Assembly (NCBI RefSeq): GCF_018350175.1
Contig: NC_058371.1
Coordinates: forward strand, 121,458,001-121,522,000
Direction of reading: 5' to 3'
From: Felis catus
Lineage: Eukaryota
Length of the DNA stretch: 64,000 nucleotides
Part shown: in pieces, positions 52,478 to 62,560 of the stretch
Layout: each line of letters begins with the position of its first letter
Numbering within the stretch: the stretch's first letter is position 1
The notes under the pieces: model-generated
What the model was told of the DNA's origin: nothing
Seen by the model: only the letters and a program-made list of their open reading frames with translations
The model's database searches: none
Translations under genes and position numbers: made by a program

Positions 52478-54618
52478 TTAAAAATCAAGTCTTTTATATA
52501 ACCCTACAAAGATGCAAACTGGTGACAGAATTAATGTTTTACCCTTTAAGTCAATGAAAAGGGACAATCTCCACTAATTCTCCCAAGTATGTATCCCACA
52601 TCAGTCATTCCTTATGCCCTGTAATTCCCAAAAGCTAGGCCCATTCAGCCAGAAAGAACATCATTCAGTCTTTTGTACATAGGTAAATTATTTTTTGCAG
52701 TAAAATCCCGAAGGGCTTTGCAAAATTTCAGTTAGTGGGGTGAGCCGAGAGTAACCGTGATGTTCTAGAAAGCCCAATAATCTTTCTGGCCTTTGGGAGT
52801 ACTTAATTTATGAGTTTTGCCTAAATACCCTAAGGGAAATGAAATGGGTGATTTCTTTATTTCATTGGTGTAGGTTCAGACCACTCATTATATTAATCCG
52901 AATAACTCTCCTTGGAGGCAGGTAAGAGGCAGCTTCATTAATATTGCCACCGAGATAAGGAAAGGAGGTTCTGCCTTTTGTCCTCTCCTCCACCCGGCAG
53001 ATTGCTGGGCACCTGCGGGGGGCGGGGGACCCGAGCAGGAACCCATCTATTGGTCCTGAACATACTAGCCACTGAAACTGCTTTTTAATGGGCTTAAATG
53101 GGTTTGTTTGTTTCCCACTTTTCTGTTATTGAAATAGATGTGGAAATCTGCTTTCAAAGACCAGCCTATCAGCATCTCNNNNNNNNNNNNNNNNNNNNNN
53201 NNNNNNNNNNNNNNNNNNNNNNNNNNNNNNNNNNNNNNNNNNNNNNNNNNNNNNNNNNNNNNNNNNNNNNNNNNNNNNNNNNNNNNNNNNNNNNNNNNNN
53301 NNNNNNNNNNNNNNNNNNTCTGTTGTTGTTTTTCTTACTGAGAGTTTTTAGCCTGGACAGCTGAATCTGCTTTTCAAGGCCCTAACCTACAGATCCTCGT
53401 ACACATAATCCCAGACCTGGAGCCAACACTGGAACCTCCTACTGGTAGAAAGTCTTGCCTCTAGGCATCCCCTCCCTCGCCTCTCCTGACCCACCACCCT
53501 CTTTGGGAGTGACCACTCGGAACAGATCACCTCCTGCTGCACATCAAAGCAGGGAAAGGTGGCTTAGTGACTTTGAAAGAAAACATAATGTTTGGCCTCC
53601 TGCTCATGGGTTGTGCGAGCAGGTTGACTCTGCGCGACTCCTGTATCTCTCGGTGCGCTCGTTTCGGGAAATGAGCAGCAAGCCACATACGGATTATTCC
53701 TACCTAGCAGGTTCTAAAACTCCGTTATCTCCATCGCCCAAGCCCCTTCAAGGCTGCCCGAGACCGGGTTTCTCCCCCTAACAGGGCTCGCCAGATATGT
53801 CTGCCTCGGGGAATGACAATCGCTCCTGACGATCAGGAGGGTGGAAGAAGCCGCTAACGTCCCACTAATGGTTTTGCTTTTAGTTCTGTTGGCAAACTCC
53901 CCTTCATTCAAGCTCCCGGCGCTCTGGAGCCAGGTCTAATTAGAAGAGTCCCAGGTTCACCCTTCTCGCGGAGAAAACGCATTAGTCATGGATGAAACCG
54001 CAGGAAGGGTGCCGGGAGCTCAGTGGAAGATGAAGCCCTTCCGAAAATGCTGGAGAGCCTCAGAAGCGGAAGAGGCAAACTAGATCTGACCGCGTCCCGA
54101 AGGGGAGGATGTAGAAACGTGGGACCTTCACCGAGTACAGTTGACTTGGTTGGAGGCCTAAGCTAAGTGCATAAATGACGCTCGCTGAACATCCAAGCAG
54201 ACATAAGCAAAGTGTTCAGTATGACACAGCAAAGCCTCGAGCCACGGCAATGGACGGAAAGGGCGGAAAGCCTCCAGCCGCCCGGGACAGAATCTGAACA
54301 GCGCACAGGCAGCACGAGAGTGTGCGCGCGCGCTGGGGGTGGGGTCGCGCCAAAGAATCCGAGTTAGTGGTGGAAGGGGAGTGGTCAGTTTTCGGAGAGT
54401 CGTGCATCGGGAATTGCGGACTCGGTGACCTGCGGCCCACTCAGGAAACAGCAGGTGTCTACCCTGCTGCGAGCTTATCCTCAACTTCCTAGCGGCTCCC
54501 TTTGGGCTGCTGCAAGAGTCAGGGTTGAATTGCGAACCGACCCCGGGAAGGGCGGGGCGCAGGGCCGCAGAGGGGTGGTGCAGGTGGGCGGGCCGCGCCT
54601 GGGTGAGAAGGCTGGGCC

Positions 54619-54624
54619 TATAAA
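54619..54624 (+). promoter_or_regulatory. TATA box
   Basis: cctTATAAAg-like motif (TATAAA) in GC-rich context, just downstream of GC boxes and upstream of exon 1. Confidence 0.85.
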
Positions 54625-54647
54625 GTGCTCGCGGCCCTAGGGGCTAT

Positions 54648-54800
54648 GCTGCTCGTCGGAGCGGGTGCTACGTGGGCTTGGGGCCGATCGCTGCTCGGGT
54701 CTGCAGGTCTCTGAGCCTCCGAGAGAGGAGGAGAGTGCCTGCCTCCGTTTACCCCGCAGCTCAGCCGGCGAGCGCGCCAGCCCCAGGGAACCCCAGGCAG
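54648..54800 (+). other. DDIT4L: DDIT4L non-coding exon 1 (TSS approximate)
   Basis: Starts ~27-32 nt after TATAAA and ends at a consensus donor CAG|GTGAGC (GT at 54801). Exact TSS is inferred. Confidence 0.8.
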
Positions 54801-55154
54801 GTGAGCGAGGCTGAGGCCTTGGGGGAGGGAGCAGGGCCGGAGGGCTCTACAGTTCCGGGCGCAGGGGTGAGCCCCGCAGGGCAGGTTGGCTCCAAGTTTT
54901 GCTAACTTTGAATTCGTTTTAGGTTGCGGCTGTAGCCGGCCTCTCCACTCCCGGGACTTTGTAAACTGGAGTTGCGGAGGCCGGTCCCTCCCCTTTGGAA
55001 AATGACTGGCTCGGCTAGTTTGCTTCGGGGACGCAGGGCATTTTGGAAGCCTCTGCACGTCTTGCCTCCTTTTGCAAATCTGCCCTTGTTGCCTTCTTTT
55101 TCCAGCGCCCCGGAAAGGCCGTTCCGCCCCGCGAGGGAAACGGAGCCGTTGACC

Positions 55155-55245
55155 ATGGTTGCAACTGGCAGTTTGAGCAGTAAGAACCCGGGCAGCATTT
55201 CAGAGTTGCTGGACCATGGCTTCCACCCGGGGAGCCTGCTGAACG
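55155..55245 (+). CDS. DDIT4L: DDIT4L coding part of exon 2 (exon 55106-55245)
   Basis: Strong Kozak context gaccATGG. Acceptor ccttcttttttccAG ends at 55105; donor AACG|GTGAGT starts at 55246. Confidence 0.96.
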
Positions 55246-56246
55246 GTGAGTTTCCCAGCTGCCCGCCTCTCTCCACTCCAGAGTCGAAGCCCCTGGATAG
55301 ATAGACGAGATGGGCGGGCGGGCGGTGGCGCCCCTTTCCTTGATGTCGGAGCACTACAAAATCCATCTGAAAAGACTCCTTCCCAAACTTTCTAGCACCT
55401 TCTGTTCATGGTAGTGAGAAACAAAAGGAGCAAAAAATAAAATAACCGAAGGCTGCATGGTCTAGTTTGCGGCCAACAGGCTGTTTGGGATTAAAAGTTA
55501 TCTAGATTCCTTATGGGGTTGTGAAGTTACGGCGAATTTTAAGTGTACAGTTTTGTGTTTTAACAAATATGTTCACCCTTAGAACCCCTGCCATCACCCC
55601 TCCCCTCAAATTCTCATGTACCCATTTGCCATCAGTTCTCCACTCTCGCCCTCCCTTGTCCCCAGGGGAACAATGATCTGCTTTTTGTCTCCCTAAATTA
55701 GTTTCGCCTCTACAGTTTCATGCAAATGGAATCATGTAATATACACTTTTACAACTGATTCCTTCCCGGCAGCCTAGTGATGTGGAGATCCTTTAATGTT
55801 GTGGCTTAGATCAGTATGCGTTCCTTTTGATTGCCGAGTAGTATTCTATTTGTACATACACCCAGTCTTCTGTTTTTAATGCCGAAAGGAAATTTTAAAA
55901 CAGCGGTGGTGCAGGACACATTTTCATTTGCAGTTTTAAGCAGCAGTTTCTAGGTTAACATAATGCTCTGGCACTAAGGAACTGTGTGGCATAGACAAAT
56001 TGCCTAAGATCTTTGGGTCTTCCTCATTTAGAAGGCAAAGTGGTTGATGACCTAATTTTATAGGCCAAAGCTCTAAAATTCTCTGTCTTCAATATAGGTA
56101 AAATACGGAGCCTTCTAATTAGGAGCGTATTTGTTTCATTTAGTTATAAAAAAAAATGATCTAACTGAATGCATGATGTGGAGAGAGGAAAAGGCAGGAG
56201 TCAATGAAGGTGAAGTATGCCTAGGGAGAGGAGCCATGCTCACTTG

Positions 56247-56295
<49 letters not shown>

Positions 56296-57619
56296 TGTGG
56301 CAACCTGCCAAGTGGTAGGATTAATTTGGAAGGTAGTAGGTGACCAAATGCAGAGTATCTCTTTTCCTTTGAGCAAATCTAATTTTATTTTCCTAGGACT
56401 GTTTTGTTTTGCTTGGCTACGAAAACTACCCAGCCAGTTATAAATATCCTCGTGAACCTCAAAGGTCTTTCCTTTGAGCAATTTTTAATCAGAGTGGTTG
56501 AAGCTAAAATTGGGATCTGCAGACCATTCCAGTAGAGACTTTGAAAGAAAGACACAAATTCAATATTTAATGTAACTCAGTAAGTTCATCTCAAGTTCAT
56601 CACTAAGGAACAGGAGCAAAACTTCTGTGTTTTACAAGAACAAACACATATAATCTTAGAAAGTAACAGTCCATCAAAACAAAAAAAAAAATTATAACCA
56701 TTTTTATTCCAGAGGTAATGTGTGTTCTCTGTAAAACAAAATTAGAAAACCCTCAGAGCAAGTGAGGGAGCAAGAAAGAAAAAATCACTGGTGTTCTCAG
56801 ATAACCATATATGGATTTTTGAGACAATCTGTAAGCTTGTGTGTGTATACGCATGTAAGTGTAAAAAAAAAAAAAAAAAAAAAAAAAGGTTATGCCCTAT
56901 TTATCAAAACCTTTATCCCATAGATGAATTTCCAGTCTCAGTCACGTTCCAATCTCAAGTCACGTTTAGTGACTTGCTGGGTTACCCAGCTAGTTAACAG
57001 CAAAGTGAAGTCTCCGGACTCCCAAACAAACACTAGCAACAGGTAGACATAGTAGATAGATAGAAGTCACCAATGTTGTTATCCTGATGTGTTTCTTTCT
57101 TTCACCTTGAACTTAACGTTTTCTGCAGATTTTGACTACTGGGATTATGTTGTTCCTGAACCCAACCTCAATGAGGTGATATTTGAGGAGACGACTTGCC
57201 AGAGTTTGGTTAAAATGCTGGAAAACTGTCTGTCCAAAGCAAAGCAAACCAAACTTGGTTGCTCAAGAGTCCTTGTCCCTGAGAAACTGACCCAGAGAAT
57301 CGCTCAAGATGTCCTGCGGCTTTCCTCCACTGAGCCCTGTGGCCTGCGAGGCTGTGTTATGCACGTGAACTTGGAAATTGAAAACGTATGTAAAAAGCTG
57401 GATAAGATTGTGTGTGATTCGAGCGTGGTGCCCACTTTTGAGCTCACACTTGTCTTTAAGCAGGAGAACTGCTCATGGACTAGCTTCAGGGACTTTTTCT
57501 TCAGCCGAGGTCGCTTCTCATCTGGCCTCAGGCGGACTCTGATCCTGAGTTCAGGATTCCGCCTCGTTAAGAAAAAGCTTTACTCCTTGATTGGAACAAC
57601 AGTCATTGAGGAGTGCTGA
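55155..57619 (+). CDS. DDIT4L: DDIT4L / REDD2 full CDS, join(55155..55245,57129..57619), 193 aa
   Basis: 91+491=582 nt = 193 codons + TGA. The phase-1 junction G|AT gives Asp. The protein MVATGSLSSKNP...FDYWDYVVPEPNLNE...EPCGLRG...KKKLYSLIGTTVIEEC matches the REDD2 sequence I recognise, including the RTP801-family EPCGLRG and KKKLY motifs. Confidence 0.98.
55520..55870 (-). mobile_element. Ancient L1MB-like 3' fragment in DDIT4L intron 2
   Basis: ttttaagtgtacagtt...catgcaaatggaatcatgtaat...ttccttttgattgccgagtagtattct. Confidence 0.7.
56251..56294 (+). repeat. (TG)22 microsatellite in intron 2
   Basis: Uninterrupted TG run read directly. Confidence 0.97.
57129..57619 (+). CDS. DDIT4L: DDIT4L coding part of exon 3 (RTP801 C-terminal domain)
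   Basis: Acceptor ttttctgcAG ends at 57128; open frame to TGA at 57617-57619 (3' part of ORF-track 57089..57619). Confidence 0.98.
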
Positions 57620-59345
57620 GGAGGAAACATTTTAAAGGCCCTTCTTACAATTGGATAATAAAACTGCGCAGCTGCCCCCTGAGAGTCATTTGTAGTCACC
57701 CTGCCTGCTCTCAACGAGAAACCCCACACTGAGTCATCTCCCTTCCATGCCTCCACGTTGACAGCAACCCAACTAAAAAGCTGATTGATTTCATGGCCTT
57801 TGAGAAAGGACCCGAGAAAGCGTACATTGTCTGCCTGTATCACATGTTTTCACAAATGGCATGGAATAAAAGAAGCAATCCACTTTAGTTTTCCGTGTGA
57901 CCTCGCTTTTTCCAGGTAGTCTTGCTAAAGAGACTGTAAACCAACTGTGCCTAGTTTGATCTTCATATGGCTTTTTTTTCTATATGTTTCCACAGCGATC
58001 CTTTCAGTCACAGAAACTTAATGATGCTTAGCCTGTCAAAACTTCCAGCGGCCCACACCAGTTTCCTGCCCCGACTCAAATATGAAGGGTGCCTAGACTG
58101 GAGGGTAGAATGTAGTGGGCAAACTTAATTAAAAGTTAACCCCGTGCAGGAGTGAATAGGCAGTGTCACATCAAGAACAGAGCTCCTTCCGTTTCTTTGC
58201 ATCCTGTCTGTGCTTCTGTTTCCAGGAGGCGGCGAAAGTGCGTATTGTCATTTCAGTCACCACGGTGTTGTAGATATGGTACGCGACAGGCTCCCTTTTT
58301 CTAGTGCTCAAGTATTGACCGTTATTTTTCAACTCGAAAAATGGAAAGTGCTGAACTGATTTTTTTGGCATCTAGTTGATTACTCCTCCACTGGTGAATG
58401 TGTATGGGGACGGGAAGTGAGTTCCCAGATCCACTTCCTTTCTCATTCGCTTGATAATCTAGCTTCTTTTCATTATTACGTATGCTTAACCTCAGACGAA
58501 GCCTCTCACTGTGTCGGTGTTATCTGGCCCTGGCTTCTCCTGGGAACCGAAGTGTCTCTCCTTAACCTGAATCTTCAAAGGAGATCCGTACATGCTACCA
58601 CTTTTCGTTATCGAGATGAGCCTATTAAGTCCGCTTTGTCTTTGGATATCTGCTTTATAGTACGGACTAGAGAATGAAAATCATGGTCTAGCTAACCAGG
58701 TTTCTTCAGCCTTGGATACCCGTCCCTGGAGAACGAGAAAGACCTGTTTTTTTTTCTTATTCCAACGGGCTAGATCACTAGCCATCCTTGTTTAATCGTA
58801 GAGTGTAGCCTCCCCACTGTGGTATTCAATTCAGCAAGACCCTCACATTTTTGCCCGAAGTCACCTATAAGGAGTTTATTCAGGTCTCCCGCCCAAATTA
58901 TTAGTACTGCTATACATAACTGAGGCCAGGCTCGTAGGGACAAATGTCTTCGTCCTGGCGTTACTCAAAAGCAGCCGCGGCTGATCCCATAAGTGACCTA
59001 AAACTTAACTATTCAAATCAGCAAGCGGTCTAACAAATCAAACTCTTAAAGATACCGCAAAGCTGATCTTTATAGGACTGGGCCAAGATAAGTCAACCTT
59101 GTTTGCATGTCTGTTATTGTTTAGGGCTGCAAAGGTCACTGTGATTCCTTGCGCATGGCTTCTCGGGTGTGGATGTAGAACCGCTGTCCTTCTTCCACTA
59201 ACAGTTGTCATTTGTCATTGACTCTTGTCTTTTGTGCTCATGAAATGGTTGATGGCTTATGGAGAGTCTGAAATTAATATTCCTGTTCAAGGAAATTAAA
59301 GTTTGTCTATTTTTGACAATAAAGCTTCATATATTTTTAATTCTG
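57620..59345 (+). other. DDIT4L: DDIT4L 3' UTR (long form, end approximate)
   Basis: Repeat-free stretch from the stop codon to the distal poly(A) signals. Confidence 0.75.
57865..57920 (+). terminator. Candidate proximal polyadenylation site
   Basis: AATAAA 57865-57870 followed by tttagttttccgtgtg...cgcttttt. Confidence 0.45.
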
Positions 59346-59362
59346 TTGTCTTCTTTGTCTTT
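59295..59362 (+). terminator. Distal polyadenylation site
   Basis: ATTAAA 59295-59300 and AATAAA 59318-59323, followed by a U/GU-rich element ttctgttgtcttctttgtcttt at 59341-59362. Confidence 0.8.
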
Positions 59363-59690
59363 AATGAGTTGATAACAATAATTGCTTGAAATATATCTGA
59401 CAATATTTAAGGGAGGATGACCAAACAATTACTCCTTTTTGGCAAAGGCTCTTTGTACCCTTCATTATAATAGTCCAATTATATTTATCACATGTGCTTA
59501 TGTATCAATAGTGATTTGCTTCATGATTTTTCAATTACAATCATTTTTATAGAAAAACACTAATAATTTGAGTTCCTTTGGCAACCACCTTTTTACAAGC
59601 CAAAACTGTATCAACTGTGTCTATATCAAATTGTAAGATAAGTGTATATTTTCATTTTCACTAGTTTATTCCATTTGAACATATCTTTCT

Positions 59691-59743
59691 TTTCAATGTT
59701 TATTTTTTGAGAGAGAGAGATAGAGTGTGAGCAGGGGAGGGGC

Positions 59744-59774
<31 letters not shown>

Positions 59775-59902
59775 ATCTGAAGCAGGCTCCAGGCTCTCAG
59801 CTGACAGCACAGAGCCCTGTGTGGGGCTCAAACCCACGAACCGTGAGATCAAGACTTGAGCCGAAGTCGGTCACTTAACCGACTAAGCCACCTAGGCGCC
59901 CC
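59691..59902 (-). mobile_element. Can-SINE
   Basis: TSD CATATCTTTCT. Confidence 0.94.
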
Positions 59903-60019
59903 ATATCTTTCTAATTCTACTACTATCAAGTTGAGTTTTTAATCTTTTCACCTATTTTTTCTGTCTCCTTATTTATGGTCATTAGCTCAGATTTCTCAAA
60001 CCGTTCAGCCCATATCTAA

Positions 60020-60220
60020 TAACAGTAACTAAATATTGGGCTCTGTTCTAGGTGCTTCACACCGATGATCTCACTTACTTCTCCAAGAGCCCTATGAAAT
60101 GAGATTACGGTAATCTCTATCTTGTAGCTAACTGTCCAGACACAGGTTTAGTAACCTGTCCAAAGTCAGCAAGTTATACAGGAGAGCTAGAGTACTATAT
60201 AAAACCAAGCTGACTCATGG
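60020..60220 (-). mobile_element. MIR remnant
   Basis: ctctgttctaggtgcttcac...ccctatgaaatgag...gtaacctgtccaaagtca. Confidence 0.6.
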
Positions 60221-61199
60221 GCCAAGTTCACCATGCTGCTACCAAGTGCACAAGGTAGCACAGAGACCTTATCCACATCACCAAAAGCCTGTAAAAACGA
60301 TGCCAGAAACATCTGCCCCTAAATTTGAAGAATTATTAATGTGGTTTCTTTTCAGGTAGGAAAAACGAGGAAAATACTGTCCGTATTCACCATTCACTGG
60401 AGCTGAGCTATGCTTAAAAAAAAAAAAAAAATCCAAATGTTTAAAATACGTGCATTTCAGTCCTGGCACCTTCATGCCTGTCTTGTACAATTGGCCTGGT
60501 TATTTTCTCATGTACCTTCAAAAAAAGGTGTAATCTGACCCCTCTCTCTCCCAGTAGAGAATAAACTGTTAGCTACAATGTGTGATGGCCTCTTGAGAGA
60601 ATGAGATGTCATATTTTCCTCTTATTAACAGGAAGATAGTACTATAGTAACCGATTCAGTCTCCGGAATCTGTTTCACCAATAATAATTTATCTCCTTAC
60701 GGAGTCAGCTTCATGCTGCCCTATTGACAGTTTTCCATTTGCACAGTGGAAGGATGTACAAGTGTAAAAAATCTTAGCGGTCTATTACACTCAGTTCTCA
60801 ATTAACTACATTGGTTTAAATAAGTGATGATAATAACAAAAGTCCAAGGCAGGTTGGCAGCAGATGAAGAGGGAAAGGTACATGGTGATGTGCTAGGAGG
60901 AGCAGATATTCAGAACCCCAGATGCCTGCCATTGAATATAGACTCCCCCTCCTCCATCGGATCCTCTGCATCTGCCACAGACAAGAGAAGAAACTGTGAA
61001 GGGTTTCATGGGAAATTCGGGGGCCAGGTGTGGAAGTTACGTACACGATTTCTGCCAACCTCTCATACAGAACTCAGTCACATGGCCCTATCAATTCCAA
61101 GAAGGGCTGGGAAATGTAGTGGCACAGTGTGCCCAGAAATAAGTGGGCTTGACAAACTGTTTCTGCCACACAGGAAGAAACGAGTTAGTCTATGAAACA

Positions 61200-62160
61200 A
61201 TAAAGAGACCAGAACCATCCCTAGACATATAAGGAAAGTTGATTTACAGTATAGTTGGCACTTGAGATCAATGGGTAAATGATGGTGGTTTTCAGTAATT
61301 GATGCTATAATAACCGTTTATCTACGTGAAAAAATGGAATTGGATGCATATACATCAAGTACAAAAATAAATTCCAGATTGATGAAAGAATTCAATGTGA
61401 AAGGGAAATTTTTAGAAGACAGTATAAATTTTATGATTTTGATGTAGGAAAAGATATCTCAAGATACAAAGAAATCACTGAAACTTCTACTTATCACATC
61501 ACATCACACTACAAATAGAACGAAAACACAAGTCACGTGCTGGAACAAAGTATCTTCTATACATATAACTGAAAAAGAGTAACGAGAACATATTAAGAAT
61601 CCTTTCAAAGCAATTAGAATAACGCAAACAGGGGCGCCTGGGTGGCTCGGTCGGTTAAGCGTCCGGCTTCGGCTCAGGGCATGATCTCACAGTTCGTGAG
61701 TTCGAGCCCCGTGTCGGGCTCTGTGCTGACAGCTCAGAGCCCGGAGCCTGTTTCAGATTCTGTGTCTCCCTCTCTATGCCCTTCCCCACTCACACTCTGT
61801 CTCCCTCTGTCTCAAAAATAAATAAACATTAAAAAAAAAAAAAAGAATAACACAAACAACCCAATAATACAGGCAAAAGCTTGAATAGGCACTCTACAGA
61901 GAAGGAAGCCCATATGGCTGAGAAGTATATGAAAAGAGGCTCAATTTAACTAGTAATAAGAGAAATGCAAATTAAAAACACAAGACACCAATGTACAGAC
62001 ATCATTTTATTTAAAAAAAAAGATGTAAAAAGTTTAAAATCTGAAAATTCCAAATGTTGATGAGGATATGGAAAAAAAAAAAAACAAAAACCTTACTTCA
62101 ACATGCTGATCACTACGTGTATCTCTGCCCTCTGGCATTAGTTTGTAGAGTTGAAGTTTA
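61200..62160 (+). mobile_element. Ancient L1ME-like ORF2/3' fragments
   Basis: aaaaataaattccagattga...gagaaatgcaaattaaaaac...ccaaatgttgatgaggatatgga. Confidence 0.65.
61631..61843 (+). mobile_element. SINEC_Fc2-type SINE
   Basis: TSD AGAATAACRCAAACA. Confidence 0.95.
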
Positions 62161-62560
62161 ACATATTTTATGTTTCATCAATTCCCTTTTTAGTTATCAT
62201 AACTAGACCAGTATTCTTCAAACTTTTTTGCTTGCTGCACATCTTTAAATTTCTATGAAAACACGCCCCCTGCCACATTATTAAATTGCCATCCAAAAAT
62301 TTCATCCTAAGTCTAAAAAGTTGCAAGTGATGTATCTTCCAATATGTAATAAATACCGATTTTTTTAATGAAATGATTACATTGGGAAATGTTTCCAGTG
62401 TGCTGTAAATAGTATGATAATTTAATACACAGTAACATCTACTTAGAAAACACTAAAGTAAGATCTTCAACAGAGTACAATTTTTCAGTGTTACTTTTTC
62501 TTTTTTTCGGTGCTTTCTTAAAGTCTACTTTTTACATCGAATTTTACCTTCATATAATAT

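Larger units (their letters stand above)
53700..55350. promoter_or_regulatory. CpG island / DDIT4L promoter
   Basis: Sharp rise in GC and CpG content over exon 1, intron 1 and exon 2. GC boxes GGGCGGGG (54550-54557) and GGGCGGG (54586-54592). Confidence 0.9.

Noticed and set aside
54158-55366. Antisense and overlapping ORFs of 108-154 aa across the promoter
   Set aside because: Stop-codon scarcity in a CpG island; no recognisable domain or splice support.
57089-57128. N-terminal MFLSFTLNLTFSA of the 176-aa ORF
   Set aside because: GTG start inside the intron-2 polypyrimidine tract; the real exon begins at 57129.
58269-58276. Pumilio-like TGTAGATA in the 3'UTR
   Set aside because: G at position 5 violates UGUAHAUA.
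62172-62180. ATF4/CEBP composite site (TGATGAAAC on minus)
   Set aside because: Single 9-mer at chance level, at the edge of an ancient L1 remnant.
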